A stretch of 64,000 bases of DNA from assembly GCA_903851045.1 (NCBI GenBank), contig CAINNF010000015.1:96644-160643 (forward strand). Reading direction: 5' to 3'. How positions within the stretch are numbered: position 1 is the first letter of the stretch; each line of letters starts with the position of its first letter. Of the stretch, positions 9,147-17,809 are shown piece by piece. Under the pieces are notes generated by a model, which saw nothing but the letters and a program-made list of their open reading frames with translations, was not told the origin of the DNA and made no database searches. The position numbers were made by a program, and so were the translations under genes. Source of the DNA: Candidatus Adlerbacteria bacterium. GTDB lineage: Bacteria > Patescibacteriota > Minisyncoccia > Phycocordibacterales > SBAW01.

Positions 9147-10376
9147 TTATTCTTTCCAATATATCTTTTGCAATAAGGCAAATGTTTTCGCACCCACGCC
9201 ATTCTCGTTCTCGATAGCGTTCTTTTTTTGGAATGTGACGATCGCCGCGCGAGTACATGCACCAAACGCCCCACTGTGCGGACAACTGTGTAAACTTTTT
9301 CCCGCGGGTGGAAAATCGCCATCCATCAGCAAAGCGGTCTGCAGTGCGTAGGTGTCTTTTGGGTCGGCATCCACGCCCGCCACTGGCGTGCGCCACGCGT
9401 ACAACGTCGAAGGGTCATACGAGTCGGTCGATGTGGTCGATGCATGTCGAGTAAAAAAATCTTGTACACCAAGATACGTCTGGTACGCGAGATCCTGTAG
9501 CGCGAGCGACCGTACCTTCGCATTCGCGAACTGCGGCTGATAGATGTAGTCGTATTCGATAAGCATCGTCGCCGAGCCCGCGGTGTTGTGGGCGCCTACC
9601 GCGATGAGTTGCGGGTCCTCTATGACACCACCGGACTCTTCCGGGAGATTACTTACCGGGTTATACATCGACAGTCGTCGTAGTATCGAAGTGGCGACAG
9701 CTTTCGATGTGGCACTATTGTCGTACTGCTGCGCCGGAACATAGATCGCCACACCGGAGTATGGACCCGGTGCACTGAGGCGGGGACGATCATGGTCGTT
9801 GAAGTGTAGGTGCAGCGTTATATCGATAGCGTTCTCATCCGCCCACTTCGTAATGCCGTAGAGTCTGAGCGCCACATTGGTCGGCGCACTGAGATGGTCG
9901 ACGAGCGGTAAGGTGTCGAGTCCGAGACTCGCCGCACTTTGCCGTGCTGCAGCATCCCACACCTCGATTGCATCCTTGTTCTCGGTGAAGTATCGCGCGA
10001 AGATTGGATTCCATGCGAACGCGTCCCTGGTCATGATGGTCGTGTAATTCCCCTGGGTATCCATGTACCTCTGGAGGTACTGTGCGATCTCGACGACCAT
10101 GTCGTGTTCTTTCGCGCCATGGAACTCCGCTCCACCCGAACCGGGCTCGTGCCCAGGAACGATCAGTACCCGTGTCTTCTTTGAAGAAGTCACCGCATCG
10201 TAGTTGGCATACAGGTCTGCGACCGATACCGGAGCGCTTGCGTATGCCGCAGATGCGGGACTACCGTCAAAGAACGGAACCGCGACACGTGGAGCGATGA
10301 AATAAAAAAAGACGTACCCGAAGGCACTCGACACGATGAGCACCGTTGTAAGTGAGAATGATCGACGCATGACCAT
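9147..10376 (-). CDS. N-acetylmuramoyl-L-alanine amidase (Amidase_3) with C-terminal peptidoglycan-binding domain
   Basis: N-terminal TM helix, an amidase_3 core (VLIVPGHEPGSGGAEFHG...), and a C-terminal PG_binding_1-like TYALQTALLMDGDF...GAKTFALLQKIY. Confidence 0.8.
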   Translation of the reverse strand: MVMRRSFSLTTVLIVSSAFGYVFFYFIAPRVAVPFFDGSPASAAYASAPVSVADLYANYDAVTSSKKTRVLIVPGHEPGSGGAEFHGAKEHDMVVEIAQYLQRYMDTQGNYTTIMTRDAFAWNPIFARYFTENKDAIEVWDAAARQSAASLGLDTLPLVDHLSAPTNVALRLYGITKWADENAIDITLHLHFNDHDRPRLSAPGPYSGVAIYVPAQQYDNSATSKAVATSILRRLSMYNPVSNLPEESGGVIEDPQLIAVGAHNTAGSATMLIEYDYIYQPQFANAKVRSLALQDLAYQTYLGVQDFFTRHASTTSTDSYDPSTLYAWRTPVAGVDADPKDTYALQTALLMDGDFPPAGKSLHSCPHSGAFGACTRAAIVTFQKKNAIENENGVGAKTFALLQKIYWKE

Positions 10377-10423
10377 GCTCCCTGCGGAGACTTCTCGTAT
10401 TGTACCAGTACTTACATACTATA

Positions 10424-10795
10424 CTAACGGTCATCATCCACTTCTTGCACACGAACTTTTTTTGAAACAACGTTCGTTTGAGCGGTCGTTGTTCTCTTTT
10501 GAGTGACGACCGATATAGGGACCGCGACAGGTTGCGCCGATGACGCAGTCGCGGCGACCATGGTCGGAGCCTGGACTGAAACGTTTGCCTTCGAGATTGA
10601 CACCATCGCCGCAGCTCCGTTCGACGAAGCACGTTGGGTTGCGCTTGCAAAAGCCGTTGCGGGGACCGTCGCCGCGTTCACTGACTCAGTATGCGTATCG
10701 TGTGTGCTTTGGAGTACCTGTGCACTTGCTACAAGCCCCACCAGCAACACCACACTTAAGAAGAACAATCTATTCTCGTGTACGAAGTCCGACAT
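10424..10795 (-). CDS. small membrane-anchored Ala/Ser/Thr-rich protein
   Basis: TM helix LFFLSVVLLVGLVA. Sits between the NqrB-FNR gene and the amidase on the same strand. Confidence 0.45.
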   Translation of the reverse strand: MSDFVHENRLFFLSVVLLVGLVASAQVLQSTHDTHTESVNAATVPATAFASATQRASSNGAAAMVSISKANVSVQAPTMVAATASSAQPVAVPISVVTQKRTTTAQTNVVSKKVRVQEVDDDR

Positions 10796-10800
10796 ATGAC

Positions 10801-12333
10801 TTATACGAAACCAGGGAAGAAGTCACTCTTGATCTTTAGTCGGGAGACTCCCATGCCCGTGAGCGTCTGTTTGAACGCTTCGACCATCGCATGCGGTCCG
10901 GATATGTAGTACGTGCGTTCGAGGTAGTCGGGTATCTCCTGCTGGATAAGCGCCGCGTCGAGCGAATGGTTGAACATCCCTGGTATCGGCTTGGTCTCAC
11001 CGCTGAGCGCGTAGACGGTCTTGATACCGAGCTCGGTCTGCGCGCGATCGAGAATGGGTTTGTAGGCGACATCCGCGGCGGTCTTGTTCGCATAGAGTAC
11101 GACGACCGGGCGCGCGTCTTTGGTGTCGAGCAAGTACTGGATCATGCTGCGAAACGGCGTCATACCGATACCGCCCGCGATGAACACCAGTTTCTTCTTC
11201 GGGTCCTTCGGCAGCACGAAGCCACCCGCGATGTGCGACGCCGCTATCGTGCTCCCCACCTTCATCGAAGCGAGCGCACGCTTGAAGGTGCTCGACGGCG
11301 AATAGAACTTCACCCCGAGCCGCACCTGCCGCTCCGTCGGTGCGGACGCTATCGTGAAGTAGCGACGATTCCCGCGGTTGTCCGGGTACTGATGCCCAAG
11401 CGTCCACTCCATGTACTGCCCCGGCCGGAACGTCATGCGACGATCGGCATTGAAGACGAAGTCGTACACATCGTTCGCCTGTTGTTCGATGGCGGCAAGG
11501 GTCAGGATGTATCGACCCTTCGGACTTACGGCCCACGAGAACACGTTACCGACCAAGAGCGCCAACTCCGGCGTCATATAGAAGGTGCCGATGTGGATAT
11601 TGGGAGCGAAGAGGAACCCGACAATCGCACCGTATGCGACGCGCAGCAGCATGGTCGGTGGTGTCGTGAGCGGCTCCGTGAGCATCACGAACGCAAGAAA
11701 GAATATCGACGTATGCAACACCGGCACGAGAGGAGTGACGATGTCGGTCGGGAACCCGGATGACGACATAAGCTCCGTCGTCACCAGCGTGACCGCGAAG
11801 AAACTGCCGACCAAGTCGAAGCGACGGATCTTGCGCACCAAGAGCAGCCCACCGACGATCACGAACGGCATCAGATAGGTGTTACCGCCCACCCACCAGG
11901 TCGCTGGCTGGTTGATGACAAGTGCCGTGAGCGCGACCGCGAACGCGGCCGGATTGAACAGATGCTTCTTGCCTATCGCAAAGATGTACTTCGCCGCCAT
12001 CGCCCACACCGAAGCGAACACAAGGAAGCCGACACCCGCATGGTCCGTGGCAGACACTGGTGTGATGATGAGTGCGAGAATGAGCGCCGTGATATAGACC
12101 GATTCGACGTTCGTCGCCGCCTCGAACACCCGCGCGAACACAAGGTTCGTACCCCAACACACCGCAAGGATGACAAGAGCCGAGAACGCAAGCTGCGTCG
12201 CATCGAACGGGACCAGGTTGGCGAAGAACCCAAGCACGAACGCCACCACGAGTAGACCCACCAAGTAGTACAGTACGAGACGGTACATGGTGATACGATT
12301 CAAAAAAGTGTCGATGGAGGTCATGGGGTTCAT
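10801..12333 (-). CDS. NqrB/RnfD-like polytopic membrane domain fused to FNR-like FAD/NAD(P)H oxidoreductase domain
   Basis: The N-terminal ~300 aa are multi-TM and include LFNPAAFA (NqrB/RnfD-like). The C-terminal part has RRYFTIAS (RxYS FAD-binding) and GGIGMTPF (NAD-binding). Start and stop overlap apbE (ATGA). Confidence 0.8.
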   Translation of the reverse strand: MNPMTSIDTFLNRITMYRLVLYYLVGLLVVAFVLGFFANLVPFDATQLAFSALVILAVCWGTNLVFARVFEAATNVESVYITALILALIITPVSATDHAGVGFLVFASVWAMAAKYIFAIGKKHLFNPAAFAVALTALVINQPATWWVGGNTYLMPFVIVGGLLLVRKIRRFDLVGSFFAVTLVTTELMSSSGFPTDIVTPLVPVLHTSIFFLAFVMLTEPLTTPPTMLLRVAYGAIVGFLFAPNIHIGTFYMTPELALLVGNVFSWAVSPKGRYILTLAAIEQQANDVYDFVFNADRRMTFRPGQYMEWTLGHQYPDNRGNRRYFTIASAPTERQVRLGVKFYSPSSTFKRALASMKVGSTIAASHIAGGFVLPKDPKKKLVFIAGGIGMTPFRSMIQYLLDTKDARPVVVLYANKTAADVAYKPILDRAQTELGIKTVYALSGETKPIPGMFNHSLDAALIQQEIPDYLERTYYISGPHAMVEAFKQTLTGMGVSRLKIKSDFFPGFV

Positions 12334-13067
12334 AGCGTCAGTTGGGTAAATCCGGTGGTCATCGTGGCGATACCGTGCGCATCGATCGCATAGCCTTCGA
12401 ACCCGGGGAGCTGCTCGATGAAAAAGATGCCGTCCCTACCCATCGCGAACGCCGCGGTCGCGAAACGATCTGCTTCGTAGATGTCGGGGCCGACGACCGT
12501 CAGACTCACGACTTCGGTGAGCGCTGTCCCGGGCACGTGTGGATTATAGATATGCTGACCGCGAACGTATGTGCCGGAGGTCGCTACCCCGCGGCCGCCC
12601 GGTCGTACCACCTTGACAATCTCCTGATGTTTGAACGGGTTTCGAATACCGATGGTCCACGGCTCACCGCGCTCGTCGACGCCCTTCGTCTGGATGTCGC
12701 CGCCCACCTCGACGTAGTAATGGTCGAACCCACGCGACTCCACGAGCTTCGCCGCTTGCCATATCGCCCACCCCTTCACCACACCCGAGGGGTCGATATG
12801 GCCGTCGGGCCGGACGATGGAGAAAAATCCTGCAGTCTCCCTGGTCGTCTGCTCAGCGAGCGCGAATATCTCGCGCATTTCATCGCTGTAATCTGCCGCC
12901 CCTATATCGCCGCGATCTATCTTCGATATCTCGCTGTCTTCCTTGTAGGTACTAAAACGCGCGTCGATCGCGGTAAAATAGTCGAACACCGCGTCGAGCG
13001 TATCGCTGGTAGCCGTTGGTATGTCCACGATGACCGGCATGCCCATGATGATACGCGTGTCTCTCAT
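12330..13067 (-). CDS. apbE: ApbE-family FAD:protein FMN transferase (flavin transferase)
   Basis: Contains VKGWAIWQAAKLV, TSGTYVRGQHIYNP and EADRFATAAFAMG (ApbE motifs). The ATG at 13065-13067 lies 1 nt after the stop of the FMN-binding gene. An alternative upstream start (M19) is possible. Confidence 0.8.
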   Translation of the reverse strand: MRDTRIIMGMPVIVDIPTATSDTLDAVFDYFTAIDARFSTYKEDSEISKIDRGDIGAADYSDEMREIFALAEQTTRETAGFFSIVRPDGHIDPSGVVKGWAIWQAAKLVESRGFDHYYVEVGGDIQTKGVDERGEPWTIGIRNPFKHQEIVKVVRPGGRGVATSGTYVRGQHIYNPHVPGTALTEVVSLTVVGPDIYEADRFATAAFAMGRDGIFFIEQLPGFEGYAIDAHGIATMTTGFTQLTL

Positions 13068-13068
13068 A

Positions 13069-13695
13069 TTAGGAGTTCTTCGCTTGCGCGAGCGCATCGC
13101 CAAGGGACTGTTTGAAGGCGGCGCTCGTGTAGCTCGCACCGGAAGCGCCACTGACGTTCGCGCTCTGCGCCGCTATAGCCTCTTGTTGCAAGGTCGGCAT
13201 GGCCCGCGAGTTGATGCGGATGGAGTTCTGTCGGTCGTTCGGATATTGCAAAAACGTGACGGTCGCCAACTTACCGCCCTGTATCACCACCTGAATTTGT
13301 ACCGTCCCATAGTACGCGTTCGCGGCAGCACCCGTATACGTACCGTCAACATATTGCCCTGTCGGCTTCGCTACGGGAGCTGGCGTCGCAACGGGCACCG
13401 GGATTGGTGTTGGTGCAGGGGCGGGAGTCGGCGTGGTAGTCGGTTTCGGCGTCGGTGTCGAGGTGGAAGTCGGTGTCGCAGGCGCGGTCGGTTGTGCCAC
13501 GACGGGCATATCGGCGGCAATCGGTGGTGTTTGTGTAACCGGCGCCGCCGACGTACCGCTCGTGTCGAGCGCGACATGTGTTTGAGGAGACGTTCCTATG
13601 GCGGAGACCGCAGAGGAGCCACCACCGAGATACTGATACGCGACATAGGCTGCCGAGGCGGCGAACACGAAAAATGACAGAAAAAACTTCTTCAT
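13069..13695 (-). CDS. NqrC/RnfG-like extracytosolic FMN-binding protein (flavinylation target)
   Basis: Signal/TM peptide, Pro/Thr-rich linker and an FMN_bind domain carrying the flavinylation motif ...NVSGASGASYTSAAF. Confidence 0.8.
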   Translation of the reverse strand: MKKFFLSFFVFAASAAYVAYQYLGGGSSAVSAIGTSPQTHVALDTSGTSAAPVTQTPPIAADMPVVAQPTAPATPTSTSTPTPKPTTTPTPAPAPTPIPVPVATPAPVAKPTGQYVDGTYTGAAANAYYGTVQIQVVIQGGKLATVTFLQYPNDRQNSIRINSRAMPTLQQEAIAAQSANVSGASGASYTSAAFKQSLGDALAQAKNS

Positions 13696-13700
13696 GAGCG

Positions 13701-13726
13701 AGTATGATACTCTTCAGTATCATACT
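13701..13726. promoter_or_regulatory. perfect 11-bp inverted repeat AGTATGATACT-cttc-AGTATCATACT (operator or 5'-UTR hairpin)
   Basis: Lies 6 nt upstream of the start codon of the FMN-binding gene, in the divergent intergenic region shared with the 13791 gene. Confidence 0.5.
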
Positions 13727-13790
13727 ATCTACGAACGCACTCAGTAAAGAGTTTCATCCGAACGAAGAAAATGCGCTATACTCGTACCAT

Positions 13791-14267
13791 ATGAACAGGA
13801 CGACCGTACGCATCATAGTGGGCGCGATCGTGGGCGTGGTTGTGGTCATATATCTCACGACACCCAAGACACCCCCCGCACCACCACTGGCGACCACTTC
13901 GACACATTCGGTCACCCCTACACAACTACCGAGCGATTATCACGAGAATATATATCTCAGCAAGACCGACCCAACGAAAGGCGCTTACATGACCGACTTC
14001 GCGGGCATGACACTGTATACCTCGTCCGATGACCGAACAGGAGTCAGTAACTGCACGGGCGAGTGTGCAAAGGATTGGCCACCTTACTCCTCGGGTGCCG
14101 TATCGCAAAAGCGGTTCCCTGCCAACATCTCGGTCATCACTCGACCCGACGGTTCCAAGCAACTTGCATGGCACGACATGCCGCTCTACTATTATGCGAA
14201 GGATATGAAAGTGGGTGACCTGCTCGGAGACGGCATCGACGGCGTGTGGCATATCGTGAAGCCGTAG
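13791..14267 (+). CDS. COG4315 / 'secreted repeat of unknown function' lipoprotein-like protein (membrane-anchored)
   Basis: TM anchor, then LYTSSDDRTGVSNCTGECAKDWPPY and LYYYAKDMKVGDLLGDGIDGVWHIV repeats characteristic of that family. Confidence 0.6.
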   Translation: MNRTTVRIIVGAIVGVVVVIYLTTPKTPPAPPLATTSTHSVTPTQLPSDYHENIYLSKTDPTKGAYMTDFAGMTLYTSSDDRTGVSNCTGECAKDWPPYSSGAVSQKRFPANISVITRPDGSKQLAWHDMPLYYYAKDMKVGDLLGDGIDGVWHIVKP

Positions 14268-14296
14268 ATGGGTATACATCTCGACCATCGACGCCG

Positions 14297-15451
14297 TTAC
14301 TCACGAACCGTGGGTGTACCGGAGGCGTTCAGATAGTCCACCAGAGCCGAGAACGTGACGCAGCGGACCTCGGGCCGCCCACATACGTGCTCGGCGAACA
14401 CCTTCATCGCCTCCCAGTACACGCCGTCGTTCCACTTCGAAAAGTGGTGACCGATGACCACTGGTGCACGGTCGCCATAGTAGTTGGTATCGAAGTAGTC
14501 CATGTACGCCGACTCGACCTCACTGAGGTACGAGGTCCACAGCGGTGTCCCTTGGGTCGCGAGATTCTTGGCACCGGACTGGAGCATCCACAGACTATAG
14601 TCCATCGAGATAGATGGGCTCTTGTGTGGTCCCACAAAGATGGTGCCGAGCGGGATGTGCCAAATACCGTCCACGTCCTTCTTTGGCCAACGATACATCG
14701 CCCCCACCCCGCTGCCGTCGTAGGTGAAATGTTCGTCGGCGAGCACTTTGTAGAGGTTCGCGTTCACGCCGAGGTTCGGCGCGCGGAAGCCGTGGATGCC
14801 GTTCAGGAACGTCGGCGCATCTATCGGCTGCGTCGGATTATTCTTCTGTACGTTCGACAGCAGTGCGGTGAACGAATCGAACTCCTGCTTCCACTCGTCA
14901 TAGTTCCACCCCGCACCATCGAAGTGACCAGCCGTGTGCGAACCGATCTCATTACCCGCCGCGTACGCCACATTGAACGCTTGTACACGCTGCGCTATGT
15001 CCTTGGTGGAATCCGAAAAACCGATAGCCGATACACCTCGCGCGTGCCCGGGACCTTGGTAGAGCGTCGCATTGCTCGTGGTCAAAAAATATGCCGCATT
15101 GATGAAGTACGTGAAGCTCAGCGGCTTGTGCTCCGATCGCATCTTTTGTTCGAACGCGAGCGTCTCGTCCAACATGTCGACCGACTTCGAACCGTCGAAC
15201 GACAGGAGCACGAACTGCGGCGTCGAGCTCGAGACCATGTAAGTCACCTTCGCCACGGGAGTACTCGATGCGACCGCGGTCGAGTACGCATGCGAGTCCT
15301 CAGCCAACTCGTCGGCCGGGTCGGTGTCGGTATCCACCGCACCAACCACTGACGATACTCCTCGAGCATGCGTATGCAGGATATACAAACCGAACACTCC
15401 ACACAGTATCAAAAACATAACTCCCACCCCCACCTGATATTTTCTCGGCAT
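14297..15451 (-). CDS. polysaccharide deacetylase (NodB-homology) family protein, membrane-anchored
   Basis: ATG at 15449-15451 (MPRKYQVGVGVMFLILCGVFGLYIL TM). NodB-like HTAGH motif. Confidence 0.7.
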   Translation of the reverse strand: MPRKYQVGVGVMFLILCGVFGLYILHTHARGVSSVVGAVDTDTDPADELAEDSHAYSTAVASSTPVAKVTYMVSSSTPQFVLLSFDGSKSVDMLDETLAFEQKMRSEHKPLSFTYFINAAYFLTTSNATLYQGPGHARGVSAIGFSDSTKDIAQRVQAFNVAYAAGNEIGSHTAGHFDGAGWNYDEWKQEFDSFTALLSNVQKNNPTQPIDAPTFLNGIHGFRAPNLGVNANLYKVLADEHFTYDGSGVGAMYRWPKKDVDGIWHIPLGTIFVGPHKSPSISMDYSLWMLQSGAKNLATQGTPLWTSYLSEVESAYMDYFDTNYYGDRAPVVIGHHFSKWNDGVYWEAMKVFAEHVCGRPEVRCVTFSALVDYLNASGTPTVRE

Positions 15452-15533
15452 GAGGACAGTATAGTATAAGAACCGTCTGTACGCCGCATAACACGATACG
15501 GACCTGGCATCGCGAGAACTGCAGGACAAAAAA

Positions 15534-15560
15534 AGAAGTGCGCCGCTCGGTAACCCGAAG
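15534..15560 (-). terminator. rho-independent terminator for the small gene 15634..15861
   Basis: The minus strand reads GCGCCGCT-loop-AGCGGCGC followed by TTCTTTTTTTG. Confidence 0.65.
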
Positions 15561-15633
15561 CGGCGCATGTGTTCGAACGTCGGAAACGAATAAACGAACC
15601 ACCTAACCAATGATACGTAGCAGGCGTAGAACG

Positions 15634-15861
15634 TTAGTGTTTCGCGTCCGATTCTTGGCGAGCATGATCCTCGGCATAGGGGTTGCGAACGATCGGCTTT
15701 CGCTTACATCCGCCCGCATGACGTGCTTTCAGACGATTGACCGTACGGGCGGCTCGCTCGGAGGTAAACACGGTTTCATACGCCACAAAACCACAGCGGC
15801 TGCAGTGGACACTGATGGTCACCCCACCCCCATCTTCGTCCTCTATGGGCGCACCAATCAT
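15634..15861 (-). CDS. small Cys-containing (zinc-ribbon-like) protein, 75 aa
   Basis: ATG at 15859-15861 with GGAGGA 9 nt upstream. Cys residues in HCSRCG and AGGCK. Has its own promoter (TTGACA-16-TACAAT at 15901-15928 on the minus strand) and its own terminator. Confidence 0.5.
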   Translation of the reverse strand: MIGAPIEDEDGGGVTISVHCSRCGFVAYETVFTSERAARTVNRLKARHAGGCKRKPIVRNPYAEDHARQESDAKH

Positions 15862-15900
15862 TATCTGCACTCCTCCACACCCTAATCTTATCCAAAAATG

Positions 15901-15928
15901 ATTGTAAACAAAAAATGAAGTCTGTCAA
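15901..15928 (-). promoter_or_regulatory. sigma70-like promoter (TTGACA-16nt-TACAAT) for the small Cys protein gene
   Basis: The minus strand reads TTGACAgacttcattttttgttTACAAT. Confidence 0.55.
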
Positions 15929-15937
15929 TACATTTGG

Positions 15938-15958
15938 GTACAAGGGTTACCCTTGTAC
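15938..15958. promoter_or_regulatory. perfect 9-bp inverted repeat GTACAAGGG-tta-CCCTTGTAC (candidate operator)
   Basis: Immediately upstream of the -35 element of the small-gene promoter. Confidence 0.45.
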
Positions 15959-16019
15959 ACATCGCACTTTTTGTAAGTCCAAGAAAAAGCCACAGAGGGT
16001 ATCTGTGGCTTCGTAGATT

Positions 16020-17117
16020 TTAGGCGATCTTTCGAAACGGCACCACGTTCCTCATGTCGCGTTCCACCTTCTCCGTCTGAGTAACGAAGCCGCGAAGTGT
16101 CGTGAGTAGGCCACTCAATCGTCGACGTTCGGTCAAGAGGTCGGTGATGCTCGTGCTCCAGTTAGCGGAGAACGTGCAGCATCCGTTCTTGATGATGACG
16201 ATCGTACCGACCGCCTGCGACACCATGCCGACCGTCGCGACATCGCTGCAGTAATTGACGTACAAACCCAGCGTAATCCACGGCAGCACTTCGAACATCG
16301 ACAGATAGGGTCCTTGCCACAGCGACACCAAGACTTGGTGCCAACGCAGACGCGCGTTGATGCAGCGTAGTTCCTTCAGCGACTCCCGAGCTCGGTAGGC
16401 GTAGGCGTCCAACGTCGATACCGCTTCATGGCCACCTTCGAGCACCGCACGGAAGCCGGACTCGGCGTCGCGCGCCACGTGTTTGATCTCCGGTATCTTC
16501 CTGCCGAGCACCTGTGTGAACAGTAGATCGAATACGCAGACCAACACGACCCCCCACACCAAACACCCGGGAGCGACGTCCCACGAGAACTTGAACGCGG
16601 CATCCTGCCCATGGAGCGCAACGAGGTTGCCCACCACGGACAGCACCGCGTAGACTATCGGGTCGTACGTCTCGAGGTACCAGCGAGTCGCATTCGCACT
16701 GCTCTCCTGGACCGTTTGGGCGAAGGTACCGAGCGACTCGTCGGTGTCTCGCTCCTGCATACCAAGCAACACTCCTTTCGGTCGGTTCGCTCGGGCTCGT
16801 TCGATGCGGTGACGCAATGCAAGACACTCTTGGATGAGCGCGTCGCGCCACCACCAGGTGTAGAAGAGTTTGAAGTTCACCTGCAGCATCTGCAGCAATG
16901 CAAGTGTACCTCCGTACTCAAGCAGACGCGCCGCCGAAGCAAGCACAGCGTCGAACGCATGCTTGTCCGGTATCAAGTCGATGAACCGGCCAAGCTCTTG
17001 TAGTAGCACTATCCACAGCGCGCAACGAGCCACCACGCTCAGCGTGATGACACATAGACCACCCATTGCACGCATGCGAATGCGCAAGTCGGGGTTGAGA
17101 AAGAACACCCGCTCCAT
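16020..17117 (-). CDS. polytopic membrane protein, SbmA/BacA-like transporter family (tentative)
   Basis: Multiple TM helices. The LRHRIERARANRPKGVLLGMQERDTDESLGTFAQTVQ segment resembles the SbmA QQLRHIEGAAQRVQED region. A terminator lies at 15985-16013. Confidence 0.45.
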   Translation of the reverse strand: MERVFFLNPDLRIRMRAMGGLCVITLSVVARCALWIVLLQELGRFIDLIPDKHAFDAVLASAARLLEYGGTLALLQMLQVNFKLFYTWWWRDALIQECLALRHRIERARANRPKGVLLGMQERDTDESLGTFAQTVQESSANATRWYLETYDPIVYAVLSVVGNLVALHGQDAAFKFSWDVAPGCLVWGVVLVCVFDLLFTQVLGRKIPEIKHVARDAESGFRAVLEGGHEAVSTLDAYAYRARESLKELRCINARLRWHQVLVSLWQGPYLSMFEVLPWITLGLYVNYCSDVATVGMVSQAVGTIVIIKNGCCTFSANWSTSITDLLTERRRLSGLLTTLRGFVTQTEKVERDMRNVVPFRKIA

Positions 17118-17217
17118 GTCGCACTCCCATACGGTTGTTACGTTTTAGAACGCTCTACATGGGTATACGAGACGACAACACTTATTGGTTCATGTCACGC
17201 AACACACCGTGTGTGTC

Positions 17218-17673
17218 CTATAGTCCGAAGTCTTCGAGGGTTTTCATGAACTCGAGACGCTCCAAGCCGTGTTCCTCCGTCTCTTCCTCCAAGACCGTGA
17301 CGCAGGCATCCAACCGCTCGAAGCGCTCATCCTCGCTCATCTGTTGTCGCTCCTGCGGCGTGTACCGTCGCGCGAAATCGCGCTCACCGAGCCGTTCGCA
17401 CAACTCGCTCCAGAACACCTCTTCGTTATACTCCTCGCGCAGTCGAACCAGCTCGCCCGCGTGGCCTGTGTCGCCAAACTCCAAGTCATGCTCGATATTC
17501 GCCGGAAGCCCGAACTGCGGCGCCAGCGAATAGAGATGCTCGGCGATCGCGTCGTACTCTGGCACGTTCGGGTCGTGGTCGTGTCCACACCGCTGCGCGT
17601 TCGCGACCCAATTGCCCAGATACACCGCTTTCACCAACGCCACATACTGCTCCTTGGTCAGATCGATCTTCAT
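17218..17673 (-). CDS. hypothetical acidic protein (151 aa)
   Basis: Long ORF with coding-like composition. No recognisable domain. Confidence 0.5.
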   Translation of the reverse strand: MKIDLTKEQYVALVKAVYLGNWVANAQRCGHDHDPNVPEYDAIAEHLYSLAPQFGLPANIEHDLEFGDTGHAGELVRLREEYNEEVFWSELCERLGERDFARRYTPQERQQMSEDERFERLDACVTVLEEETEEHGLERLEFMKTLEDFGL

Positions 17674-17809
17674 ATGGAATGCATAGTATCACCTTCGCCA
17701 CCTTTGGTGAAAGGTCGAGCGAGTTTCCACCACCACAGCGGTAATTGACTTATGTGCGTGATATATGCTTACTTGTGGTAGTAAGTTCTTTGAACTACAG
17801 GAGGACGTG

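Noticed and set aside
10891-11763. 290-aa plus-strand ORF and 179-aa minus ORF (10997..11536)
   Set aside because: Both overlap the NqrB::FNR fusion gene in other frames. Arg-rich translations with no domain signal.
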